Assembly: GCA_024626585.2 (NCBI GenBank)
Contig: JANKJI020000004.1
Location: 113,200,713 to 113,225,671 of the forward strand
Length of the DNA: 24,959 nucleotides
Source of the DNA: Ginkgo biloba
Lineage: Eukaryota; Plantae; Ginkgophyta
Direction: 5' to 3'
Under the pieces are notes generated by a model. The model had not been told where the DNA came from. It did no database searches and worked only from the letters and a program-made list of their open reading frames with translations. The translations under genes were made by a program, and so were the position numbers. The stretch's first letter is position 1, and each line of letters begins with the position of its first letter. Shown here piece by piece: positions 11,944-22,964 of the stretch.

Positions 11944-12174
11944 TCCTGGGTTCAAGATAATGTAGAGAAAAAGTCATCTCATGAGCAATAGTAGCATTCC
12001 TTCATCATAATACAGCATAATCGATGACTTAGCTAAATAATCAACCAACATGCCTCTCTTAGACACTTTAAAAGTCCCCACTCAAATGGATAACCTCAAT
12101 AAATAAATTGCAAATAGTAATAATACTCCCACAAAAATGACTAGGAGGAGTCTAGCATAGTAAACACCTCATAA

Positions 12175-12520
12175 TATCCTATTCTATATGTCATTAAGGA
12201 TACATGGCTAGGTGTTTCATAATTTCATGATTCATATGGGTGCCACCCATAATATAATGCCTTACATCATCATGAAAAAATTAGGGTTAGAATGCATGCA
12301 AACTTTTGAATCAATCTTGGCCATGGATTCTAGACTAGTTAAAATGATTGGTGAAATTTGGTATATGTTTCTGAATACATTCATCTCCATAATTGAATGT
12401 GGTTATGTACGTCTTAATGGTTGAATTACAAAATGATTATGCAATGATACTTAGGTGAGACTAGATAGCTTCTCTTAGAGGACTAATGAGCACGGATATA
12501 TCATTCACGATGATTTCATG
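12175..12520 (+). pseudogene. Tat element aspartic protease
   Basis: FYMSLRIHG*VFHNFMIHMGATHNIMPYIIMKKLGL..AMDSRLVKMIGEI..YAMILR*D*IASL matches the LHNCMLDSGASHNxMP..LGL / GMLLxRxW pattern, with the catalytic Asp lost. Confidence 0.85.
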
Positions 12521-12698
12521 ACAAAATCAATTAGTTCTAGTTAAAAGATAACTTAAATACATTGAAGACGTAGAGAATGCCAAATCAAATATTTATCTCA
12601 CCAATTTTGGATTGGGTACATATGATGTTCTAACCACATTAGAATTGAAAGGAGACCCAACACAATAAGAATAATAAGAAGATAAAGGTATCAACAAA

Positions 12699-13075
12699 TG
12701 GAGCATGAACTTAGATAATGTTAGATTGAGATTAGGAGTTGGTGCAAGATCCATTCTTGAAGCCCCATTAAGTAAGGTTTTTCCTTTTTCATGTCACTTA
12801 GATTTTGATTTCACAAATATTATAATTGAATACAAATATCTAGTGCTTGAGATAAGACAGGTTGAGGACCTTGGAGTTAAGAAGTTGAAAGTACATGGAT
12901 ATTCTGAGATAATTATAAATCAAGTTTATAATATTTGGGATGCCAATAATGATAATTCAATCAATATAAGAATCAGGGGTGGCATTTAATTGATCATCTT
13001 GACTCATTTTCAATCTCTTTTGTCCTAAGAGAGAAAAAAAAACTTATAGACTCATTGTCCATGTATGTCTCTCTT
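12699..13075 (+). pseudogene. Additional (archaeal-type) RNase H domain, aRH
   Basis: WSMNLDN..GVGARSILEAP..SCHLDFDFTNIIIEYKYLVLEI..LKVHGYSEIIINQV..QYKNQGWHLI..VLREKKKLIDSLS matches WxMxFDG..GAG..TNNxAEYEAL..GDSELIxxQV..IPRExNxxADxLA. Confidence 0.9.
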
Positions 13076-13419
13076 TTTTCTCTCCACCCTTTTTATCCCA
13101 TGGAAAATTTATGGTAGAAGTACTAACGAGATCTTCCATCCATGATAATATAGAGCATTGGTAGGTTTTTGAGGATGATGACCAGATCGTAAAATTTTTG
13201 AAGGGGGGATGAAGAGTTTTGAGGAGATTTNNNNNNNNNNNNNNNNNNNNNNNCTTAGCTAATTAGTTTACTAACAATAAAGGATTCATCTAATTAAGAA
13301 ATAATAAAATTCATAAAGTCTTGGCCATCCTTAAATCCCTATTCAACCCTTATGATGTACCTTATTTTGGTTTGAAATTAGAATAATTATCTAAAAGGGT
13401 CATACAAATAAATTATCAA

Positions 13420-13858
13420 GTCAACATTGATCTTGTAGATATGCTAAGGATTATCCACTTAGGATGATGTCTAACCAATCAAGAGAAGTCAGTATTGGTC
13501 TCTCTATGTCAAGAATTCTATTATGTTTTTTCTTTGTCTTATGCTGATCTACAATTATTTAAACCTGATGTGATTCAATATAACATATTATTGAAGCCCA
13601 AGGTTAAACCATTTAGATAGAAATAAAGACCATTCATCCCTAATTTGGAGGATACAATTTGGAGAGAACTAAAAAATCTCTTGAATGTTGGAATTATTTC
13701 TTCGTTATGATATTGCACTTAGGTATCAAATATGATCCTCGTCTGGAAGAAAAGTGGAGAGATTTGACTTTATGTAGACTTATAAAATTTAAACAAAGAG
13801 TAAAAGGATAATCATACTTTACTAATGATGGATCAATTACTACAGATGGTAATTAATT
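13420..13858 (+). pseudogene. Tat element reverse transcriptase N-terminal part
   Basis: VFSLSYADL..VIQYNILLKPKVKPFR*K*RPFIP..RELKNLLNVGII..VSNMILVWKKSGEI*LYVDL*NLNK..KDNHTLLMMDQLLQMV. Confidence 0.9.
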
Positions 13859-14949
13859 NNNNNNNNNNNNNNNNNNNNNNNNNNNNNNNNNNNNNNNNNN
13901 NNNNNNNNNNNNNNNNNNNNNNNNNNNNNNNNNNNNNNNNNNNNNNNNNNNNNNNNNNNNNNNNNNNNNNNNNNNNNNNNNNNNNNNNNNNNNNNNNNNN
14001 NNNNNNNNNNNNNNNNNNNNNNNNNNNNNNNNNNNNNNNNNNNNNNNNNNNNNNNNNNNNNNNNNNNNNNNNNNNNNNNNNNNNNNNNNNNNNNNNNNNN
14101 NNNNNNNNNNNNNNNNNNNNNNNNNNNNNNNNNNNNNNNNNNNNNNNNNNNNNNNNNNNNNNNNNNNNNNNNNNNNNNNNNNNNNNNNNNNNNNNNNNNN
14201 NNNNNNNNNNNNNNNNNNNNNNNNNNNNNNNNNNNNNNNNNNNNNNNNNNNNNNNNNNNNNNNNNNNNNNNNNNNNNNNNNNNNNNNNNNNNNNNNNNNN
14301 NNNNNNNNNNNNNNNNNNNNNNNNNNNNNNNNNNNNNNNNNNNNNNNNNNNNNNNNNNNNNNNNNNNNNNNNNNNNNNNNNNNNNNNNNNNNNNNNNNNN
14401 NNNNNNNNNNNNNNNNNNNNNNNNNNNNNNNNNNNNNNNNNNNNNNNNNNNNNNNNNNNNNNNNNNNNNNNNNNNNNNNNNNNNNNNNNNNNNNNNNNNN
14501 NNNNNNNNNNNNNNNNNNNNNNNNNNNNNNNNNNNNNNNNNNNNNNNNNNNNNNNNNNNNNNNNNNNNNNNNNNNNNNNNNNNNNNNNNNNNNNNNNNNN
14601 NNNNNNNNNNNNNNNNNNNNNNNNNNNNNNNNNNNNNNNNNNNNNNNNNNNNNNNNNNNNNNNNNNNNNNNNNNNNNNNNNNNNNNNNNNNNNNNNNNNN
14701 NNNNNNNNNNNNNNNNNNNNNNNNNNNNNNNNNNNNNNNNNNNNNNNNNNNNNNNNNNNNNNNNNNNNNNNNNNNNNNNNNNNNNNNNNNNNNNNNNNNN
14801 NNNNNNNNNNNNNNNNNNNNNNNNNNNTGAGAGGATAAGGTTTATGCAAACTAATCACTCCAACACTCCATGTAGTTCCCATCAAAGATATAAATTATCA
14901 CATGGTGAATGTCAAGGCATATATCATCTCTTCTAATTCTAGCCCCAAA

Positions 14950-16190
14950 TATCTAGATATTATTTATTATCTCTAAAATGGTGTGTTCTTAGTAGGTTTG
15001 ATGAAGAAGAAAAGAAGAGTGCTATAGTTAAGGGCCAAAAAGTATGTCTTAGTGGATGACATCCTATTTATAATAAGTTATGATGGCTTATTTTTAAAAA
15101 TCCTCTATTCTTCTTAAGCATATCAAGTTGCTAATGAATTTCACTCTGGAGTATGTGGAGGACCTTATGCCTCATTTACCACAGCCCACAAAATCATTTA
15201 AGAAAGATACTAGTGGCCAAATTTGTTTTGGGATACCTTTAAGTTTATCTTCTCATGTATTTCATTAAATAGATTCATAAGAAAAGAGAAACTCATTGCT
15301 ATGATGCTGTAACCAATATCGATAGATGATCCTTTCATACAATGGGCTCTAGATTTTAGAAGGTAGATTAACCATGAATTAAGAAAATTCCATCATTATA
15401 TCTTAATGGAAATAAAATACCTCACCAAATGGTCTAAAGTATTCCCTTTAAAGAAAGCCTCTTCTAATGAAGTCATGATGTTCCTAGAGAAGAATATACT
15501 ATCAAGATTTGGGGTGCTAAACTAGATTATCTCAAATAGTGGAACTACTTTAATCTTAGTAGATATTATTTAGTTATTCAAATAATATAAGATAATATTA
15601 ACTTCATCTTCCAATTACTATCTATAGGAAAATTAGTTAGTCAAATTGAAAAATAAGAACCTCATTGATATTCTTAAGAGGACCATCCAAGAATATCAAA
15701 AGAATTTGGCATACCAAACTATATCACACCCCATGGATAGATAGAATTACTCTAAAGGATAATTTGTGTTATGAATTGTATGCTCTATTTCCTAGAATAA
15801 TAAACATCCAAATTCCATCTCTATGATTGGTGCTATATAATGAAGATGATAGAAATTGCAAATACCTTATCAAATGAAAGTTGTTCAATTTTCTCCATCT
15901 TAAGGAGAATAGAGAAGTTGTGGTTACCTATTCTCAAGAAAATTAGAGCTAAATTAAAAGAATTTTTTATAATAAGGCTTCATATATGAGTTTTCAATTA
16001 GGCAATCGGGTTATTATGTGGGATAAATCCATAGAAAAAGTTGAAGCACACCATAAATTTGACTCCCTCTAGTTATCCCCTACCAGGTTTTAGAGTTGGT
16101 GCGAGATAATGCTTTCAAGATAAATCAACAAGGTAGGACCATAATTCCCATTCCATCAAATGGAAAATACCCTAATCACATTTACTTGTA
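14950..16190 (+). pseudogene. Tat element integrase with C-terminal GPY/F region
   Basis: DIIYYL..LRAKKYVLVDDILF..EFHSGVCGGPY..TAHKII*ERY*WPNLF..PFIQWALDF..YLTKWSKVFPL..NILSRFGV..SSNYY..KNKNLIDILKRTI..WHTKL..W.DRIT..FQLGNRVIMWDK..KFDSL*LSPYQV..NAFKI..PSNGKY. Confidence 0.92.
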
Positions 16191-16809
16191 AAAAAATAAA
16201 TAAAGAGGAGTTGAACTTTTGTAAAAAATATAAATAGATGTACGTAGTACTTATATTCTTTTTTTTTCCATGCAACTTCACTNNNNNNNNNNNNNNNNNN
16301 NNNNNNNNNNNNNNNNNNNNNNNNNNNNNNNNNNNNNNNNNNNNNNNNNNNNNNNNNNNNNNNNNNNNNNNNNNNNNNNNNNTGGGTAACCCATTTTCCT
16401 AACCTTTTATAGGAGGGCATATTCATTTTCATTCCATACCCCTATATCATTTATTTATATGAAAAATACCATTTCAGCAACCCCCATATGTGCAACAAGA
16501 TATTTATAGTTTGTATGTGCCACATGGTCCCTATGTCCCTTATGTTTTGCATAGTCCCTATGGATATTTAGTTCCTTATACACTTCCTCACATGGGATAT
16601 CAATTCATGCAAGTGTAAAATCCACATTTTGTNNNNNNNNNNCTACTTCAGTCCCTGTGACTAATGTTAGTCCATATTTCACCCCACCTCAGCCACATGC
16701 TTCTAGTGTGGTTACCAATCCTAATGGGAATGTAGTCCAACCTATTATTAGTTATCAAAAATACCATATGGATTACACCAAAAATACCATTTCCCCAGCT
16801 CTCATTCCC

Positions 16810-18091
16810 ATTGTGTTGTCTACACCACTCCCAAAGTTACCAAAATTTTGATGGGTTAATAGGATTCGATCCTACCTACCATATTGATGTGTTCGCTCTC
16901 TCTTATGAAAACTTCATTCATGAATATGAGGTGGTATTGAGACTTTTACCTAAGTATTTAGTGGGAGAGGCCCCTAAGTGGTTTTATCGACTACTCAAAG
17001 GGTCTATAGGAACATTCCAATAGATGGTAGACTTGTTTGTTTAATATTTTGATGTGGCCAAACCATTTGATACTGACCTCAAGGATTTATTTTCCTTGAA
17101 ATAAGGCTTATATGAGTCTAACATTGACTTTGTAAGGAGGTTTAGGATGATTGTACATACATGTAAGACTCCCCTTTTAGGGATACAACTGTATGACCAT
17201 TTTATGAATGCCTTNNNNNNNNNNNNNNNNNNNNNNNNNNNNNNNNNNNNNNNNNNNNNNNNNNNNNNNNNNNNNNNNNNNNNCACTTGTTAGATGTTCA
17301 CAATTCAACCTGCACTTAAAACTTATAGGACTAGAGGAAGCTCGATTTCCAAAATGTTCCATGAATGATGGGATTGTAGATTCCACAACCATATCTAAAT
17401 TTTTAGATAAACTCATGGATCCCATCACCTCTATTATTAAGTAGTTGGAGAGAATGATTATAATCTCTATCATGAATCCCTCTCCAATTAATAATAAGGG
17501 AGATGATAAAGACAAGGAGATGAAAATTATTCACCTAACTCATAAGGAGTATCATTCTCCAAAGAAAAAATCTCTTCCCTTCATCAGTTCAAGTGTTATC
17601 CTTATGATCCCACTTTATGGTGTGATTATCATAATTGCTCTAGTCATGATCAAGAGCACTACTTTATCTACCAAAACCTTTTAGAAAAATAACAAGCCTA
17701 TGACCAAGCAAAAGGGAATCTAAATGATGATCTATAAATTTTCTAGGACCCTTTTCTCAAACACGATAATAAATCCAAAGGGAAAAATAAGAAGAACAAT
17801 AGGAAATCTAGAGGTCATAAGAAAACCACTACGAAGAAGAAGAAATATGATTCTAGTGATTCTTCATCTACTACTTCTATAGAAGAGGAGGAGTCACCTA
17901 ATTATTCTTCTAAAAAGGTGCATTTTAAATATACCATGGATGGATCAAAGGTTAAATCAACCCAAGATCTTGATCCATCTTCTTCTAGGACCCTTGAAGA
18001 TAAGGGAAAGTCCAAGGTCATCAACTTGGTTGAAACTATGGACCAGGGATCTTCTGATATCCTAGTGACTACCCATTCACAAGCCAAATAA
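16810..18091 (+). mobile_element. Second, distinct Tat/Ogre-like gag remnant with decayed Zn knuckle and basic/acidic tail
   Basis: PKLPK/FDG..DPTYHIDVF..VVLRLLPKYLVGEAPKWFYRLLKGSIGTFQ*MVDLFV..LKDLFSLK*GLYESNIDFVRRFR, then later YDPTLWCDYHNCSSHDQEHY (CxYH..H..C relic) and a K-rich/S-E-rich stretch ending VTTHSQAK*. Confidence 0.8.
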
Positions 18092-18272
18092 GATGCTTCA
18101 TAAATGTTTGGACTAGGGAAAATATTAAGGATTGACTTATTTTTTATAAGTATAATTAATTTTATCATATAANNNNNNNNNNNNNNNNNNNNNNNNNNNN
18201 NNNNNNNNNNNNNNNNNNNNNNNNNNNNNNNNNNNNNNNNNNNNNNNNNNNNNNNNNNNNNNNNNNNNNNNN

Positions 18273-19050
18273 ATTATCACACTGGGTGCATCTTCAATGG
18301 CATCCAACAAAATGTCTTGTCTTAAAAATTCAGTCATGTAGTGTTGGACACCTTAGCCCTATTGTTGGTATATATATAACCAACAAATATTTTGTTCTCT
18401 TTAATACCTAAGAGGGTATAAATTTTTTTTTAGCAACTTCTTGAATTGTTCCCAATCAGTGACTTGAGGTTCCTTATGTTGATGCAATCTTTGATAATAT
18501 GCCTCCCACCTGAGTAAAGCATGCCCTGTCATCTTGACATGAAAATTTAGATTTTTTTCTCACCATTCACTCTTGACAACTGAAGTACACTTTTATTTAT
18601 TGTAGCCAATTATTTAGTTTCTTTGCATTGAATTGGCCTTCATATGATGGGATCTTAAGTTTATCTTCTTCTTTGAAAGTTGAATAATTCTGAGTAGTCT
18701 TACCTACTCCAGAAGAGAAGGGCTTTAAGAATTCCTCCATAGTTTCATCCTTGCATCCTTTCCTTATCTTTGGCTTCAAAGAGTTAGAGCCTTCAATATT
18801 TTCTTTCTTCAACATGGAGGTTAAGAGATTATTTAATAAGTTCTACATATTCTCCATGTTTTCCTCCATTCTATAAAAACAAACTTAAAACTCTTTCTCT
18901 TCTTAATCATATGCATGCTCCATACTTGAATTCCCTTCATCAGTCATATTCAAGTGCACCTTGCAGAGGTTATCCTCCTTTTGCAAACTATATTTTTTTA
19001 TGTGTCATGCATATGATTTAATAATCCAAGAATTTAGAGCTCTAATACCA
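18273..19050 (-). mobile_element. Ty3/gypsy (CRM-like) 5' internal region: PBS and gag remnant
   Basis: PBS TGGTATTAGAGC on the minus strand at 19039-19050. Gag reads FKEEDKLKIPSYEGQFNAKKLNNWLQ..VKMTGHALLRWEAYY..VTDWEQFKKLL..G*GVQHYMTEFLRQ. Confidence 0.88.
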
Positions 19051-19052
19051 AT

Positions 19053-19925
19053 TGATCTATTTTTCAGTGGAGATGTTAAAATCCTCTAATGGAACCTACA
19101 ATAGATTTATGCAAGAAAGGATGTGAATTACAAGATTACTAATAATAATTTCATCAATTCATAAAGAAAACAAAAAACACCATGCCATCATCATGAAATG
19201 ACAAAGACAACATAACTTTTGAACTACAGAAATCCTATAGGGGAATAAAATTCTAGATACACTAAATGAGACCAATAGTTTTAACAATAAGTAACAACAA
19301 TTCCTATGCATATGATTCTATTTTTTTTAATGGATGTAGTCCATAGATCCCAATAAAGAACATCAATTTTCTTTTACTGTCTTCTAATTACACTCTCCTT
19401 AAACTATGTTCCTTCTCCCAATGATTCACTATGAATCCACTAATTTGAACTAAACCACTAAGTGTACTTGAGTGAACCTTTCTTCCTCTTTATCCCTTAT
19501 TTTTGTTCCTCCTTCTCATACCTTCATCGATCACCTCTTCATCTACTCTAACTATTTCCAATAGTTTAAATGCCTAGGAGAAGTTGAACCATTGGCCCTC
19601 AACTCATTTAAGCTTCCATGGGGACCCTCCTTTTGGGACTTATGTCTTCAATCCTTTGGTTCCTCCTCATATAATGTCAAAGGGTGTCCTTATTCTCCAT
19701 CATCCTTGACTTTTGCCAAATACTCACCAACTCCATTTTGGCTTGTTGTCCCTTTGTCAGACTTGTTTCTTGTTGACTTCATCAAAATTGCTTGTCATTA
19801 ACTTCATCAAGATTTTTCATCGTCAAATTTGTCATACTTTCTTATCATTGAATTCATTGAACTTGATTTTCTAACTTCATCAAACTTGTTTGTCCAACTT
19901 AGAACTTCTCCTCTTTCCACCTTTC
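19053..19925 (-). mobile_element. Probable 5' LTR of the minus-strand CRM-like element (outer boundary uncertain)
   Basis: ..TCA end two bases from the PBS, non-coding, runs into a gap. No second LTR copy is present in the window. Confidence 0.45.
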
Positions 19926-20029
19926 NNNNNNNNNNNNNNNNNNNNNNNNNNNNNNNNNNNNNNNNNNNNNNNNNNNNNNNNNNNNNNNNNNNNNNNNNNN
20001 NNNNNNNNNNNNNNNNNNNNNNNNNAAAA

Positions 20030-20400
20030 ATGTTGCTTTTCAAAAATATCTAAGGGAAGAAGACTAAGTTAGATGAATTATTTGATACCAATTGATAAGA
20101 TAACCTTATTGCCAAAGAATTGGTGAAAAATATGGGCTTGGAGACATATGAGAATCCCCATCCATAACCATTGGGTTGGAATCATAAGGATGTAGAATTG
20201 CAAGTCACTAAATTATGAAAATATTTTTTTGCAATTAATACAAATTGCAATGATGAAGTAGAATTAGATGTAATACCACTTAATATTTATGGTATAGTAT
20301 TTGGCACTCCATACATGTATGATAGGAAGGCAATCTTTTTAAGGGAAGAGAAATGACTTGTAAAGGAAGGAGAATAATAAATAATCCATTCTCATAAAAG
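20030..20400 (+). mobile_element. Ty3/gypsy (CRM-like) aspartic protease remnant
   Basis: KKTKLDELFDTN**DNLIAKELVKNMGLETYENPHP*PLGWNHKDVELQVTK..DEVELDVIPLNIYGIVFGTPYMYDRKAIF matches the LFDSGSQxNLI..HPxPYPLGW..DVVPLDxCGxVxGSPYxYDR pattern. Confidence 0.92.
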
Positions 20401-20619
20401 AAATAAGATGCTCATGGCCATTGCCATAATTTTGTCACATATTTGCAACAACTACTTACTCCAAAGTGTGAGATTAAATGATGAAATAACTCTTAAATTT
20501 GTACCTTTTACAAGTGGATACCCATGTGTAATTTTTAACAGTAAGAAAGGTTTTACCTAATGCATCTTCTCTTGGATGACACCGATTATTGTTGTGAGAA
20601 TAACTAATGAAGACCAAGT

Positions 20620-21900
20620 AATATACAGATTAAAATTAATGAAAGCAATAACCAGATATGTCTAAGTGTGCTTCTCGAAGGAACAAAATCAAAACTCCAG
20701 AAATAGAATCAAAACTATTAGTCACAGAGCATTATGAGGATGTGTTTGTTGGTAGACAAAAACTTAAATCAAAACTAGCAGAACATCTGCATACAACTCC
20801 CCCTGGAGCATAGCTTTGAGCTAATATTAACTAGCAATCAAGGTGCAGATTCTCCAACTATAGCAAAATCAAGAACTGACAAATTTCTGGTACTAGATGA
20901 AATCATCACCGATGGTAAACAGGTTTTGTCGTATTTGTAGCAACTACACGCAAGCTTTTGTTCTTGAGCTTTTACAGTGCATCCTCAGCAATTAGTTTTC
21001 TTTCTTTTTTTATAATCTGACTCTCCAAAAGGGTGTAAGCTGGTGTCAGTAGACAACACAGATAACAATACACTATGTCTACCATTCTGTTTACCAGCCA
21101 ATCACTGAGGCTTTTCTCTAGTCATAATGTCTGAGTTTTGCTTCATGTTCTGCTTATGTAAGAAAGCTTGGCTCAGAATCTGATTAGCGGTCATTATCAA
21201 GACTGCTTGTTCTACCTTGATAGGCAGAATCATGTTGGCAAACGAATATACTTCCAGTAAGAACTCCTCAAGCATACCCATGAATTAATGATTTGGCTAA
21301 ATGCATTATATAGTAAAGAAGTTACGCTAAATTTTGTCCCAAAAACAAATCTTATTATCATCCTGTTTGCAATATTATTCACGTCCAAAAACTTGAGCAT
21401 GAATTGTGTCAGATTTATTGCTATATGCTTAGCGACATGAAATTCAAGGAGACTTACAGGCACAGTTACTCGGCAAGGAATAACCAATTACACCAAAAGA
21501 TACAGTCAGAACAGCCAGAATGACACCTGTAACCCAAGTTAATTCATCAGATTTTTTTAATCCAACTGTGAGATAAACACCTCTTCTTAGACTTTGAAAA
21601 AGGGCAGGATGCTTGAAAGCAAGTTGGAAGGTTCCTCATACAAACCAAGAAGCTCAAGATTCTTGTCATATTTCACTTAGCCAAATGAAGCTTGAGTTTT
21701 ACTGAGATCAATACTTCTTTGTCCTGGATTGCCTTAACTGCTCTGGCAGATTTGGGTTGCATATCTCTACGAAGAATGATATTATCATCACTGAGAGCAG
21801 TGAGATGAACATGATCGGTCTTGGAATGTCCCTAAATTGAAAATTCATTTGGCTGAAAATTCCAGAAAATGGGGTGCCTTGCTATGATTCTTGTGTGGCT
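20620..21900. other. CHG-retaining, apparently non-TE island (intron/UTR-like or captured host DNA)
   Basis: By eye, about 2-4 CAG/CTG per 60-nt line versus near zero in the flanking TE remnants. No TE motif recognised. Confidence 0.6.
21708..21848 (-). CDS. Candidate 46-aa single-pass membrane microprotein or terminal exon (unverified)
   Basis: MNFQFRDIPRPIMFISLLSVMIISFFVEICNPNLPEQLRQSRTKKY*, with a hydrophobic core and basic C-terminus. TTTTCAG acceptor-like site 4 nt upstream of the ATG. No homolog recognised. Confidence 0.2.
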   Translation of the reverse strand: MNFQFRDIPRPIMFISLLSVMIISFFVEICNPNLPEQLRQSRTKKY

Positions 21901-22844
21901 AGAACCAAGAGGTTGCATTTAAGGGATTTATTTGTCAATTAATAATATTTGTGGAAAGACTTCTTCCTATAATTTGATGTCTAATCAAAGACTATGAAAG
22001 AAACCTATTTTATTGCATGAAGTTTGAGGGATGATTAAATTGAAGTGGTAATGGTAAAATTTGTATGTAATTTACATTAATCATACCTTGCATATGAAGG
22101 AGATAAATATTTTTATGGATATGTGAGTAATGGAAATGAATGGAATGTTATATTGTTATAATATTTTAATTGGAGACCCCTTTCTTAAAAGGTTTTATTA
22201 ATAACTTATCCATTTATCTTTTAGAAAATGGTAGGAGATACAACAATCATGTATATGTTAGTTATGAATAAAATAATTTTACATGTGAAATTTTGATGAA
22301 TTTGAATAGGATATGATTGGTTGTTTAGAATCCACATGCATTTGATTTATTATGTTTGGATTATTATAATTGTAGTTGAACATTTAATGGAAGTAACTAT
22401 AATTAAAACCCACTTTCACTCTAACTTTTGATACTTCCACATTTGCATATAATTTCTTATTATCCACCCACTTTTACTAAAACCCTTATGAGGATTATTA
22501 AAAACAAATATACATTGTATTTGACAACTTATATACTATAAAATGATATCATGAATACAACATGAAATTGGGTACAAATATACATACCATAAATAAAAAA
22601 ATATAAACTATTGTGAATCTCTCTCTCTTTATTTCTATGATATGGAATGGGTCCACCATCACAAAAATAAATAAAGATGACATAAAGATCTCCATAATAG
22701 ATGTTTATATGGAGGCATAGGTTATATAATTGTGGAATTTGAGATGACAATTATTTTCCATAAGAATTTTAAAAATTATATTAAAAAATTAGAAAGTTAA
22801 ATTTGTGTTCCTTGATATAGTTATAATAGTAAGACAATTATTAT

Positions 22845-22876
22845 CGTGGCAATTATTTGCCACGGGCTTGTACTAG
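22845..22876 (+). mobile_element. Helitron 3' terminus (hairpin plus CTAG, followed by T)
   Basis: CGTGGCAA-TTAT-TTGCCACG perfect 8-bp stem (22845-22864), 8-nt spacer, CTAG (22873-22876), then T. Confidence 0.8.
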
Positions 22877-22964
22877 TTATTATCTAAAATTGGAGGAATT
22901 GGAGTCACTTCAATTCTAAAATTTTAGAACTCTAGCATAGCCAAGGGAAAGTGCNNNNNNNNNN

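Larger units (their letters stand above)
10600..16190 (+). mobile_element. Tat-clade Ty3/gypsy element internal region, order gag-PROT-aRH-RT-[gap]-INT (TatII-type), heavily decayed
   Basis: All domains are collinear on the + strand (see sub-features). A 969-N gap (13859-14827) covers most of RT/RH. LTRs were not identified. Confidence 0.88.

Noticed and set aside
12705-12989. Host RNase H gene
   Set aside because: Embedded collinearly between Tat protease and RT and equally decayed, so it is the element's aRH.
1671-13858. Prokaryote-style TIR + reverse transcriptase (retron/Thoeris-like) defence system
   Set aside because: The TIR has a spliceosomal intron and an NB-ARC exon, the RTs are ordinary decayed Ty3/gypsy pol, and all are pseudogenised and unlinked.
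13825-14885. 337-aa and 350-aa ORFs in the ORF track
   Set aside because: Almost entirely N-gap (13859-14827). The same artefact inflates most X-containing ORFs.
18362-18386. Palindrome TTGTTGGT-ATATATATA-ACCAACAA
   Set aside because: Lies within decayed gag coding sequence and is likely chance.
21671-21860. miRNA precursor suggested by the AGCCAAATGAA / TTCATTTGGCT inverted repeat
   Set aside because: Only 11 bp pair, the interior does not extend the stem, and no known mature miRNA is recognised.
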